DNA of 64,000 nucleotides from an uncultured Actinomycetota bacterium. GTDB taxonomy: Bacteria; Actinomycetota; Thermoleophilia; Gaiellales; Gaiellaceae. Positions within the stretch are counted from its first letter, which is position 1, and each line of letters begins with the position of its first letter. Positions 16,366 through 25,886 of this stretch are shown one piece after another. The notes under the pieces are model-generated. The model was not told the origin of the DNA and searched no databases. It was given only the letters and a program-made list of their open reading frames with translations. The DNA lies in NCBI GenBank assembly GCA_963743675.1, contig CAVURE010000009.1:644910-708909 (forward strand), in the 5' to 3' direction. Position numbers and translations under genes: made by a program.

Positions 16366-17427
16366 GTGACGCACCGAATCGCGCTCCTCGCCGGCGACGG
16401 GGTCGGCCCGGAGGTGATTGCAGAGGCCCGGCGCGCGGTGGACGCGCTGGGCCTCCGGCTCGAGTGGACGGAGCTCCCGTGGGGCTCGGCCTTCTGGCAC
16501 GAGCACGGGCGGATGATGCCCGAGGACGCCCTCGAGACGCTCCTCGCATTCGACGCGGTCCTGATGGGGGCGACCGGAGATCCGTCCGTCCCCGACCATG
16601 TCTCCATCTGGGGGCTCGTGCTCGAGCTGCGCCAGCGGCTCGACCTCTGGGCGAACGTGCGCCCCGCCCGGCTGCTCGACGGCATCGCGTGCCCCCTGGC
16701 AGGCCGGGGCCCGGCCGACGTCGACATGCTGTTCGTACGCGAGAACACCGAGGGCGAGTACTCCGGGATCGGCGGCCGGGCTCACCGCGCCCTGCCCCAG
16801 GAGGTGGCGGTCGAGTCGAGCGTCTTCACCCGGCACGGGGTAGAGCGAGTGCTCCGGTTCGCCTTCGACCTGGCCGGCGACCGCCGCGGCCTCGTCACCA
16901 GCGCGACGAAGTCGAACGCCTCCCGCTTCGGCTACGTGCTCTGGGACGAGATCGCCGCCGAGGTCGCCGCCGAGCACCCGGAGATCCGCTACGAACGGGT
17001 GCTGGTCGATGCGCTGGCCGCGCGAATGGTCCGCGACCCGGCGAGCCTCGACGTCGTCGTCGCCTCGAACCTGTTCGGCGACATCCTCACCGACCTTGCG
17101 GCGGCGATCCAGGGTGGGATGGGGATGGCGGCGAGCGCGAACATCGCTCCGGGCTCGGATCGGCCCGGCCTGTTCGAGCCGGTGCACGGGTCGGCGCCCG
17201 ATATCGCCGGCGCAGGGATCGCCAACCCGGCCGGCGCGATCTGGAGCGCGTCGCTCATGCTCGACCACATCGGCGAGCAGGAGGCCGCGCGGGCGCTGAT
17301 GCAGGCACTCGAGGCCGTCTGCCGGTCGGGGCCGACCACGCGTGACGTGGGCGGCGGCGCGACCACGCGTGAGGTCGGCGAGGCGGTGGCGGCCCGGGCC
17401 GCGGGGCTCAGTGAAGCACTCCGATGA
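16366..17427 (+). CDS. tartrate dehydrogenase / 3-isopropylmalate dehydrogenase family oxidative decarboxylase
   Basis: Track ORF of 353 aa: IALLAGDGVGPEV...VRENTEGEYSG...NLFGDILTDLAAAIQGGMGMAASANI. Confidence 0.85.
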   Translation: MTHRIALLAGDGVGPEVIAEARRAVDALGLRLEWTELPWGSAFWHEHGRMMPEDALETLLAFDAVLMGATGDPSVPDHVSIWGLVLELRQRLDLWANVRPARLLDGIACPLAGRGPADVDMLFVRENTEGEYSGIGGRAHRALPQEVAVESSVFTRHGVERVLRFAFDLAGDRRGLVTSATKSNASRFGYVLWDEIAAEVAAEHPEIRYERVLVDALAARMVRDPASLDVVVASNLFGDILTDLAAAIQGGMGMAASANIAPGSDRPGLFEPVHGSAPDIAGAGIANPAGAIWSASLMLDHIGEQEAARALMQALEAVCRSGPTTRDVGGGATTREVGEAVAARAAGLSEALR

Positions 17428-18280
17428 GCGCGGCGCCGGCGACGACGAGCAGGCTCGCGACGACCAGGCGCCTGCCGATCAGCTCGGCGGAGACGCCCAG
17501 CACCAGCGCTGCAAAGGCGACCGCCCAGAGCGACTGGGTGGCGTTGAGAGGCGCGACGACCGAGACGCTCCCGTGGTCGAACGCCTCGAACAGGAGGGCG
17601 TAGGCCAGGGCCAGCATCACACCGGCCGGCGCGAAGGCAGGGACGGCCAGGCGAAGCTGGCTGCGCAACCCACGGCGGTGGCCGAGGAGCGTGTAGACGA
17701 CGATCACGACGCTCGCAGCGGCCAGCGAGACCATCGAGGCCGTCAGCGCGGGCGGGTGGGCATCCCGCGCCGCCCAGCGCACGACGTTGTCGCGCACGGC
17801 GAACAGCACCGCGCAGGTGAGGGCGGCTGCGGCCCCGACGGCCCGAAAGTGCTCGGGCCGGCTGCGTTCTCCCGCGAGCGCAACGCCCCCGGCAACGATC
17901 AGCAGCGTGCCGAGAAGGAGCAGCGGATGGAACGGCTCGCCGAGCACGGTGAGAGCGATGGCGACCGAGGCGAGCGGCGCCGTTCCGATCAGGACCGCCG
18001 CCCGCGACGGGCCTGCGTCCCGCACCGCCAGGATGAACAGGAGCTGCGAGCACCCGGGAACGAACGCACCGGCGAGCGCGAACGGCCAGAGGTCCCCGGC
18101 CTGCACGCCCTCGGCCGTCGCCGCTCCGACACCGGCCGGAATCGACACGATCGCGGCGATCCCGGCGACGGCCAGCGCGCCGGCCTCCGGGTCGCCGGCG
18201 CGCCGGAGGCCGGTGCGAATCGCGACAGCCATCGCTCCGAACAACGCCCCGGACAGGGCCGCGAACACGACCGCCGTCAC
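17408..18280 (-). CDS. EamA/DMT-family transporter
   Basis: Track ORF of 290 aa, about 10 hydrophobic helices arranged as a two-fold EamA-like repeat. Confidence 0.8.
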   Translation of the reverse strand: MTAVVFAALSGALFGAMAVAIRTGLRRAGDPEAGALAVAGIAAIVSIPAGVGAATAEGVQAGDLWPFALAGAFVPGCSQLLFILAVRDAGPSRAAVLIGTAPLASVAIALTVLGEPFHPLLLLGTLLIVAGGVALAGERSRPEHFRAVGAAAALTCAVLFAVRDNVVRWAARDAHPPALTASMVSLAAASVVIVVYTLLGHRRGLRSQLRLAVPAFAPAGVMLALAYALLFEAFDHGSVSVVAPLNATQSLWAVAFAALVLGVSAELIGRRLVVASLLVVAGAALIGVLH

Positions 18281-18296
18281 GTACTACGCTCCTGCG

Positions 18297-20204
18297 GTGC
18301 AGGGTCCGAGAACGCTCACGGAGAAGATCATCACCACCCATGCGGTCGAGCGCTCGGAGGAGGAGATCGCTCTTGCGGTCGACCAGGTCCTGCTCGAGGA
18401 CGCGACGGGCACGATGGCCTGCCTCCAGTTCGAGCAGCTCGGGCTCGACCGCGTCGCCGTCCCGCTGGCCGTCTCCTACGTCGACCACAACGTCCTCCAG
18501 GTCGACAACAAGAACCCGGAGGACCATGCGTACCTGCGCAGCTTCGCCGCCCGCTACGGCCTCCTCTACTCGAGGCCGGGGAACGGGATCTCGCACTACC
18601 TCCATCTCGAGCGCTTCGCCCGCCCCGGCCAGGTCATCGTCGGCGCCGACAGCCACACGACGATGGCGGGCGGGCTCGGGATGCTCGCGATCGGGGCCGG
18701 CGCGACGGAGGTGGCCGTCACGATGGCAGGCGCCCCTCACGTCATCGAGCGGCCGCTCGTCGTCGGGGTCGAGCTGCGGGGCACGCTCGCGCCGTGGGTG
18801 CAGTCGAAGGACATCGTGCTCGAGCTTCTGCGCCGGTACGGCGTTCGGGGTGGCCGCGGCCGGATCTTCGAGTTCCACGGAGACGGCGTCGCCTCGCTCA
18901 GCGCCACCGACCGCGGGACGATCTGCAACATGGTGATGGAGACCGGCGCGACGACCGGGATCTTTCCGAGCGACGAGCAGACGTTGCACTGGCTCGAGAG
19001 CCAGGGCCGCGCCGGCGAGTTCACCGCGCTCGCCCCGGACCCCGCTGCACCCTACGACGAGGTCGAGGAGATCGAGCTCGGCGAGCTCCAGCCGCTGATC
19101 GCGAAGCCGTCCTCGCCCGGGAACGTCGTCCCGGTGTGCGAGGTGGCGGGCACGGAGACCTCGCAGGTCTGCGTCGGCAGCTCCGTGAACTCGTCGTATG
19201 AGGACCTGGCGCTGGTGGCGGTCGTTCTTCGCGGCCGCACCTTGCCGCCGACGCTCGACCTGACCGTCACGCCGGGGTCGCGCCAGATTCTCGGCATGCT
19301 CGTCGCGAGCGGCGTCTACTCCGATCTGCTCGCCTCCGGTGCGCGCATCCTCGAGCCGGCGTGCGGCCCGTGCATCGGCATGGGACAGGCGCCTGCACTC
19401 GGAGCGGTCTCCGTCCGGACCTTCAACCGCAACTTCCCGGGGCGAAGCGGGACGCCCGGCGACCAGGTCTATCTGTGCTCACCGGCGACCGCCGCCGCGA
19501 CCGCCCTCCACGGGGCGATCACCGATCCACGCGGGCTCGGCGAGCCGCCGGTGCTCGAGGCGCCGCCGGCCGACCCCGAGGTCGACGACCGTCAGATCAT
19601 CCTGCCCCCACTTCCGCCCGTGGCGCGGCTCGTCGTGCTCGCGAAGGGCCGGAACATCGTCCCGCCGCCGCCGGTCCCGCCCCTTCCCGAGGAGATCGTC
19701 GGTCGCGTCCTGATCGTCGTTCCCGACGACGTATCGACCGGCGACATGGCGCCGGACGGTGCGCTCGGGGTCGCGCTCTGGTCGAACATCCCCGCCTGCA
19801 GCCGCGTCATGTTCCGCCGTTTCGACCCGGACTTTCCCGCCCGGGCGGAGGAGTGGGGCGGCGGGATCGTCGTCGGCGGGCACAACTACGGGCAGGGGTC
19901 GAGTCGCGAGCAGGCCGCGTTCGCAACGCTCTACCTCGGCGTTCGCGCGGTCGTGGCGAAGAGCTTCGCCCGCATCCACCGCTCGAACCTGATCGCGCAG
20001 GGGATCCCGCCGCTGACGTTCGCCGACGAGTCCGACTACGCGCGCGTCCGCGAGGGAGACGAGTGGCGGATACCCGGCCTTCGCGCCGCCGTCGAGGGTG
20101 GCGCGGCCGAGCTGGCCGGGCCCGTGCCGCTCGCGCTTCGGCTCACCCGCAGGGAGCGCGACATCCTGCATGCGGGCGGCCTGCTGGCCTACGCGCGCAG
20201 GTGA
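18297..20204 (+). CDS. aconitase-family hydratase (fused catalytic and swivel domains, ~635 aa)
   Basis: In-frame part of track ORF 17787..20204, from GTG 18297: VQGPRTLTEKIITTHAV...GADSHTTMAGGLG...CGPCIGMGQAP...NRNFPGRSG...GHNYGQGSSREQAA. Confidence 0.85.
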   Translation: MQGPRTLTEKIITTHAVERSEEEIALAVDQVLLEDATGTMACLQFEQLGLDRVAVPLAVSYVDHNVLQVDNKNPEDHAYLRSFAARYGLLYSRPGNGISHYLHLERFARPGQVIVGADSHTTMAGGLGMLAIGAGATEVAVTMAGAPHVIERPLVVGVELRGTLAPWVQSKDIVLELLRRYGVRGGRGRIFEFHGDGVASLSATDRGTICNMVMETGATTGIFPSDEQTLHWLESQGRAGEFTALAPDPAAPYDEVEEIELGELQPLIAKPSSPGNVVPVCEVAGTETSQVCVGSSVNSSYEDLALVAVVLRGRTLPPTLDLTVTPGSRQILGMLVASGVYSDLLASGARILEPACGPCIGMGQAPALGAVSVRTFNRNFPGRSGTPGDQVYLCSPATAAATALHGAITDPRGLGEPPVLEAPPADPEVDDRQIILPPLPPVARLVVLAKGRNIVPPPPVPPLPEEIVGRVLIVVPDDVSTGDMAPDGALGVALWSNIPACSRVMFRRFDPDFPARAEEWGGGIVVGGHNYGQGSSREQAAFATLYLGVRAVVAKSFARIHRSNLIAQGIPPLTFADESDYARVREGDEWRIPGLRAAVEGGAAELAGPVPLALRLTRRERDILHAGGLLAYARR

Positions 20205-21403
20205 GGCGCGCGGTCGTCGGCGGGTGCGCGCTCGGGCTCGCGACGGGCTGGAACATCTCGAACACCGGTGCCGTCGCGCCGCAGCTCGCGGACAGCTACG
20301 GCGTCGGCCTGGCGACGGTCGGCCTCTTCACGACGGCGCTCTTCCTCACCCACATGCTGATGCAGATCCCCGGCGGCGGCGCGAGCGACCGCTACGGCGG
20401 GCGGCGCATGGGGCTGCTGGCCCTCGCAGCGATCGCCTGCTTCGCGAGCATGTCGATGATCGCGCCGATCGCCTGGATCGCGATCGTCACCCGCGGGCTC
20501 ACCGGGCTCGGGACGGGGCTCGCCTTCATCGCCGGCAGCGCGTACGTCCGCGCGAGCGGAGGGTCGCCGGCGGCGCAGGGCCTCTTCGGCGGTTTCGGCC
20601 TGGCCGGCGGCGGGTTCGCGCTCGCCGTCGTCCCGCAGGTCGAGAGCTGGATCGGCTGGCGCGCCCCCTACGCAACCGCGGTCGCCGTCGCGATCGCAGG
20701 TGTGTTCGTGCTGCTCGCATCGCCCCGCGACCGGCCGCAGCCCTCGCCCCGCCCCGCCGTCACGCGCACGCTCGGCCCGGGCGTGCTCCTCGACCGGAAG
20801 CTCTACCGTGTGGCGACGCTCTTTGCGGCATCGCTCGGGCTCAGCGTGACGCTGGGCAACTGGGTCGTGACGCTGCTCGACCGCCACGGCGGGCTCGGCA
20901 AGGGATCCGCAGGGGCGATCGGTGCCCTCACGCTCGCGCTCGGGATCTTCACGCGCCCGTTCGGCGGCTGGCTTCTGCGCGCACACCCGCAGCGAGTGCG
21001 ATCGGCGGTCGCGCTGAGCATGGTCGGCGGGGCGGTGGGCACCGCACTGCTCGCTGCGGCGCACCCGCCGGAGCTCGCCGTCGCGGGCGCAGCCCTGATC
21101 GGGGTGGCGGCGGGGATCCCGTTCGCGCCCTCGTTCACCGGCGCCGCCGTCACCCGGCCCGACGCCCCGGCCGCCGCGGTCGGCTTCGTGAACGGGGTCG
21201 CCGCCGCCGCGATCCTGATCGGGACTCCCCTGCTCGGGCTCGCGTTCTCGCTTCCGGGAGACGGGCAGGCCGGATTCGCGGTCGCGGCCGGGTTCTGGCT
21301 GATTCCCCTCGCCGTGCTGCCGAGCCGGCGCCAGCTCGGCGTCGAGATCGCTACCCCGGCCGCCCCGCCGGCGGCTGCAGCGATCGAATCGCCGCCAGGA
21401 TGA
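20201..21403 (+). CDS. MFS transporter
   Basis: In-frame part of track ORF 19361..21403, from GTG 20201 (GTGA overlap with the aconitase). About 400 aa and about 12 TM helices: LMQIPGGGASDRYGGRRM. Confidence 0.8.
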   Translation: MRRAVVGGCALGLATGWNISNTGAVAPQLADSYGVGLATVGLFTTALFLTHMLMQIPGGGASDRYGGRRMGLLALAAIACFASMSMIAPIAWIAIVTRGLTGLGTGLAFIAGSAYVRASGGSPAAQGLFGGFGLAGGGFALAVVPQVESWIGWRAPYATAVAVAIAGVFVLLASPRDRPQPSPRPAVTRTLGPGVLLDRKLYRVATLFAASLGLSVTLGNWVVTLLDRHGGLGKGSAGAIGALTLALGIFTRPFGGWLLRAHPQRVRSAVALSMVGGAVGTALLAAAHPPELAVAGAALIGVAAGIPFAPSFTGAAVTRPDAPAAAVGFVNGVAAAAILIGTPLLGLAFSLPGDGQAGFAVAAGFWLIPLAVLPSRRQLGVEIATPAAPPAAAAIESPPG

Positions 21404-22613
21404 GCTCGGCGGCAAGCGCCGCGTCGGCCGGGTCGGCGTCCTCGAGCGGCGAGTGGCTGATCCCGTCCTTGCAGGGAACGAACACCATCGCGCTCGGAAC
21501 ATGGTCGGCGACGCACATCGTGTCGTGCGCCGCGCCGGAGGGCATCAGCATGAACGGCTCGCCCGTCGCGCGCGCGGCGGCCTCGAGGGCGCCGACGATC
21601 CCCGGGTCGAGCGGTGTCGCGGCGAGCGTCTGGCGCTCGCGGTACTCCGCCGTCATGCCGCGCGCGCGAGCTGCGTCAGCGGCGAACAGGGCGATGTCGT
21701 GCGCCACTCCTCGGAACGCGTCCTCGTCGACACCGCGGATGTCGAGCGAGAAGCGGATGCGCTCGGGGATCGCGTTGATCAGCGAGGGATGAACCTCGAT
21801 CTCGCCGACCGTCCCGACCGTTCCCTTGCCGGCGGCACGCGCCAGGCGCTCGAGCTCGCTGATGCACTCCGCCAGGACGAGCCCGGGATCGAGCCGGAAG
21901 TCCATCGGCGTCGCGCCGGCATGGTCGCCCCGGCCGTGCACGACGATGTCGGCGTGGATGTAGCCGGCGATCGCCGTCACGACGCCGACACGGTTGCCGG
22001 TGTCCTGGAGCACGCGCGCCTGCTCGATGTGCATCTCGATCCAACCGGTGAGCCCGTCGAGCACGCGAATCGACTCGCGCCAGCGCTCCGGCGCGTAGCC
22101 CGCGGCGACTGCGTGGTCCCAGAAGCTTCGGCCGTCGTCGAGCGCGAGGATCGTCTCCTTCAGCTCCTCCTCGGTCACCCGTTGGGCCATGATCCGGCTC
22201 CCGAGCAGCATCTGCCCGAAGCCCGAGCCCTCCTCCTCGAGGAACGAGATCAGCTGCAGCGGCAGGTCGAGTGCGAGCTCGGCGTTCAGCCTGCAGACCT
22301 CGAGCGCAGTGACCACGCCCAGCGTGCCGTCGTAGCGGCCCCCGTTCCGGTTGGAGTCGCAGTGGGAGCCGATGCCGAACACGGGCTCGCCGGCGGGACG
22401 GTTGCGGGCGACGAGTGTCCCCACCGGATCCTCGTCGACGTCGAAACCGAGCTCGCTCAAGGCGCGGGTGAAGTAGTCGAGAGTGTTCCGGTAGACGGCG
22501 GTGTACGCGTAGCGGCGAATCGCCTCGTCGGAGAGCGTGTAGCCGGGGCCCGAGAGCACCTCGATGTCGCGGCCGATCCTGTCGGTGCTGCGGGTGCGTG
22601 CGTCACCGCCCAT
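21351..22613 (-). CDS. M20-family Zn hydrolase (N-carbamoyl-L-amino-acid / allantoate / beta-ureidopropionate amidohydrolase type)
   Basis: Track ORF of 420 aa: GSHCDSNRNGGRYDGTLGV...EEEGSGFG...GRGDHAGATPM...SGAAHDTM. Confidence 0.85.
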   Translation of the reverse strand: MGGDARTRSTDRIGRDIEVLSGPGYTLSDEAIRRYAYTAVYRNTLDYFTRALSELGFDVDEDPVGTLVARNRPAGEPVFGIGSHCDSNRNGGRYDGTLGVVTALEVCRLNAELALDLPLQLISFLEEEGSGFGQMLLGSRIMAQRVTEEELKETILALDDGRSFWDHAVAAGYAPERWRESIRVLDGLTGWIEMHIEQARVLQDTGNRVGVVTAIAGYIHADIVVHGRGDHAGATPMDFRLDPGLVLAECISELERLARAAGKGTVGTVGEIEVHPSLINAIPERIRFSLDIRGVDEDAFRGVAHDIALFAADAARARGMTAEYRERQTLAATPLDPGIVGALEAAARATGEPFMLMPSGAAHDTMCVADHVPSAMVFVPCKDGISHSPLEDADPADAALAAELILAAIRSLQPPAGRPG

Positions 22614-22699
22614 CTGGCGCGGACCTTAGCGTCGTGCCGCCCCGGCTCCAAGCTCTCAGCGCCCCTGGGCTCCGCCCGCGCCTGTCGTAGAATCGGCCG

Positions 22700-23713
22700 A
22701 TGGACGAGAGCTGGCGCAACCGTAAGACCCTGATTCTCGGTCGCAGCGACATGATGGGGCTCGTCTCGCCGGCCGAGTATGTCGCCTGCGTCGAGCAGGC
22801 CTACCGGATGCACGGCGAGGGCCGCTTCTCCATGGAACCGAAGGGGCACATCGTTCTCGCCAAGTACCCGGGTGAGTGGGAGGCGATGCCGTCCTACATC
22901 GAGGAGCCGGAGGCAGCCGCCTGCAAGTGGGTCTCGATCCGCGAGCAGAATCGCGAGCGCTTCGACCTCCCGACCGTCTTCTCGATCCTGATCTACACGC
23001 ATCCAGAGACCGGGTTTCCGCTTGCGATCTGCGACGGCTCCTACCACACGGTCATGCGCACGGGCGCCTCGTCGGCGGTCTCGGCGAAGTGGCTTGCCCG
23101 GCCCGACTCGAAGGTGCTTGCGATCGTCGGCGCCGGCCATATGGCCGAAGGCACGATCGAGACCTGTAACGAGGTGTTCGAGTGGGACGAGGTGCGAGTG
23201 TGGAGCCGATCGCGCGAGACGCTCGACAACTTCGCCCGGCGCTACGAGGGGCGCTTCTCGTTTCTGCTCCGGACGTCCACGAACCTCGAGGAGGTGGTCA
23301 CCGGCGCCGACGTCGTCGTCACGGTCACCCCGGCCAGGGGCCCGATCGTCCTCGACGAGTGGATTGCGCCGGGGACGCATCTGGCTGCGGTCGGCGCCGA
23401 CAAGAGCGGCGACCAGGAGCTCGACGGGCGCATTCTCCAGCGGGCCCGGATCTTCGTCGACGACATCCGGCAGTGCCGCACCGACGGCGAGATCAACGTC
23501 CCGCTCGCCGAAGGGCTGATCACCGAGAGCGACCTCGCCGGCGAGATCGGCGAGGTGATCACGGGACGCAAGCCGGGCCGGACGTCGGCCGCCGAGATCA
23601 CCCTCTTCGACTCGACCGGGATCGCCCTCCAGGACTCGGCGACGGTGCCGCTCGAGTACGAGCGCGCTCTCGCCGCCGGCGTCGGCGTCGAGAAGAAGAT
23701 GATCAGCACGTAG
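22700..23713 (+). CDS. ornithine cyclodeaminase / mu-crystallin family protein
   Basis: Track ORF of 337 aa: TVMRTGASSAVSAKWLARPDSKVLAIVGAGHMA...VVVTVTPA...HLAAVGADKSGDQELD. Confidence 0.85.
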   Translation: MDESWRNRKTLILGRSDMMGLVSPAEYVACVEQAYRMHGEGRFSMEPKGHIVLAKYPGEWEAMPSYIEEPEAAACKWVSIREQNRERFDLPTVFSILIYTHPETGFPLAICDGSYHTVMRTGASSAVSAKWLARPDSKVLAIVGAGHMAEGTIETCNEVFEWDEVRVWSRSRETLDNFARRYEGRFSFLLRTSTNLEEVVTGADVVVTVTPARGPIVLDEWIAPGTHLAAVGADKSGDQELDGRILQRARIFVDDIRQCRTDGEINVPLAEGLITESDLAGEIGEVITGRKPGRTSAAEITLFDSTGIALQDSATVPLEYERALAAGVGVEKKMIST

Positions 23714-23800
23714 CGGACTGCTCGGGCGGAGCCCGCGCTCTCAAGCGTCGGCGAGTCGCACGCGGCCGCTACATGTTCTGCCAGTCGGGCAGATGCGAGC

Positions 23801-24202
23801 TCAGGTGATTGTGAAGACGCCTTTCATCCCGGCCGCTGCGTGGCCCGGAACCGTGCAGGTGTAGGGATAGGCTCCCTTGCGCAAGAACGTGACCCGCAGA
23901 GTGTCTGACTGGCCGGGCGAGAGCATCTTGGTCTTCCGTCCGTTGATCGAAAAGTCGTGGTTGATCTTCCCGACATTCTTCACCTTGAAGATCACCAGGC
24001 CCCGGCCCGCACTCTTGGCGCTGAGCACGAACTTGAACTCGGATGCGGCCACGTTCACCGTCTTGATCAAGTCCGCCTTGCCGGCACTCTGCGCCCGCAC
24101 TGCGTGCCGGCTGGCCGCCTGTGCCGAACCCCCCACGCCTGCAAGCGCGGTCACAACCGCCGCCAAGACCAAGATCCGTCTCACGATTCCTCCTCTTGTC
24201 AT
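23801..24202 (-). CDS. secreted cupredoxin (plastocyanin/azurin-like copper protein)
   Basis: Part of track ORF 23801..24253, from ATG 24202. Signal peptide MTRGGIVRRILVLAAVVTALAGVGGSAQA, then INHDF...YPYTCTVPGHAAAGMKGVFTI (candidate H, C, H, M copper ligands). Confidence 0.75.
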   Translation of the reverse strand: MTRGGIVRRILVLAAVVTALAGVGGSAQAASRHAVRAQSAGKADLIKTVNVAASEFKFVLSAKSAGRGLVIFKVKNVGKINHDFSINGRKTKMLSPGQSDTLRVTFLRKGAYPYTCTVPGHAAAGMKGVFTIT

Positions 24203-24314
24203 GAAAGCCCCGCCCCGCCCGCGCGGGATCCTACCAGTGCACCCTCGAGACACCGGGCCGTGCCGGGATTTCGCCGCGGACGAATCAATGACTCACGACA
24301 CCAGCGCTACCCGG

Positions 24315-25842
24315 TCACCGGACGGGGATCCTCCCGGGATGAGGGTGGAGACGCTCGCCGAAGCGATCGATGAGCAGCCCGTGTCTAAGGCCTCGGTCGC
24401 TCACCGTGAGCGACTCTCGGCTGAGCTTCGTGATCACGGTGCGCACGATGCAGGCGCCGGCGAGGATGACCTCAGCCCGCTTTGGTTGCAGGCCGACGAT
24501 CTCGCGGCGTTGATCAGCAGTGCGTGTGCGGTAGAGCTCGATCTGCCGATCGATCTCGGCAAGGTCGAGGACGGTGCCCTGCACGAGCGCGGGGTCGTAC
24601 TCGGCAAGTCCATGCTTGACGGCCGTGAGGTTCGTGATCGCGCCGCCCATCCCGACGACGGTGTCCGGGATCGGTCGACCGTCAAGGGGTGCGAGGTCGG
24701 CGGCGACCGCCTCGAGCGCTGAGGCGAGCGCGTCGTCGGAGACGATCCCGTCGAGCGAGTAGCGTTCGGTGAACCGCGCCGCACCGACGTTGAGGCTGAA
24801 GCGTTCGTCGACCTGCTCGCCCCGGCCGAACGTGAACTGGGAGCTGCCGCCGCCCGTATCGAACACAACGAGCAAGCCGCGGCCGAGGCCCAACCCGGAC
24901 TCGACGGCGAGGTAGGCGAGCCGGCCTTCCTCCTCGCCCGAGATGACCTCGACCTCGACGCCCGTGCGCTCTCGCACTGCATCGACCAGGACGGTACGGT
25001 TGGGCGCCAGTCGCAGACCGGCCGTTCCGACCGCCGCGATCGCCTCGACGCCGCTGCGCCTGGCCTCGTCGGCCATGGCAGCGATCGCCTCGACTGTCCG
25101 CTCGATCGGCCCGGCCTCGAGCCTGCCTGCCTCGTCGAGGCCCTCGCCGAGGCGGGTGATCTCGGCGCGGTCGATGACCGTCTTCCACTCGCCGTCCGCC
25201 GCCCGTTCGCCGATGTGGAACTTGACCGAGTTCGTGCCGACATCGATGACCGCGTAGCGCTTCGCCCCGAACTCGACGAGCGCCTTGAGCCCGCGCGGGA
25301 GGCACACGTTGCGGCGCGCGCCGAGGCCGAGGTCGCGCACGGTCGCGATCACGCGTGCGGGGTCCTCCGACTCGACGGCAATCGTTCGCCTCGCCCCCTG
25401 CCCGATTCGCACCTCGGAGAGCTCTGCCATGCAGCCGCCAACTGCGTAGTGCTCACGCCGCTTGTGCACCTCGACCGCCATCAGGTCCGGGCTCGGCACG
25501 ACAACCTCGGCGACGAGCTGGTCGAGCGCGTACTCGGAGCGAGCGAGTTCCGGAGCGTCGACCCCGAGCGCCTCGCAGCACCGCGCGGACGCCATCGGCT
25601 GGAAGCGGGTAGGCCGCCTTCATCACCGGCTTCCACTGCTCGAGCCCGTCCTCGTCCACGGCCTGCAGCTGCTTGACGTCCATCAGGCCGTCGCGAACCT
25701 TGGTCGAGGCGTCGCTTGCGAGCGAGAGGAGGTAGAGCTCGTCGCTCTCCTGTACCCGCTCCGGCGAGAGCGCCGCGAAGGCGCTGTCGGCCTCGCCGAA
25801 GCTCTCGCCGAACGTGCGCCACTCCCAGCGAGGAACGATCAT
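24315..25842 (-). pseudogene. CYTH (triphosphate tunnel) domain fused to a Ppx/GppA phosphatase domain, one frameshift near 25570-25590
   Basis: Track ORF 25453..26076 carries the CYTH N-half from ATG 25842: MIVPRWEWRTFGE...ELYLLS...KVRDGLMDVKQLQ...KPVMKAAYPLPADGVRAVL. Track ORF 24315..25595 continues in another frame with EALGVDAPELARSEYALDQLVAEVV...VEVHKRREHY...IAVESEDP and then Ppx/GppA (YAVIDVGTNSVKFHI...VFDTGGGSSQF). The span is 1528 nt (3n+1). Confidence 0.75.
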
Positions 25843-25886
25843 CGCGTCCGTCTGGCTCTCGCCGTTGTTGCGGCCGGGACCCCCGT

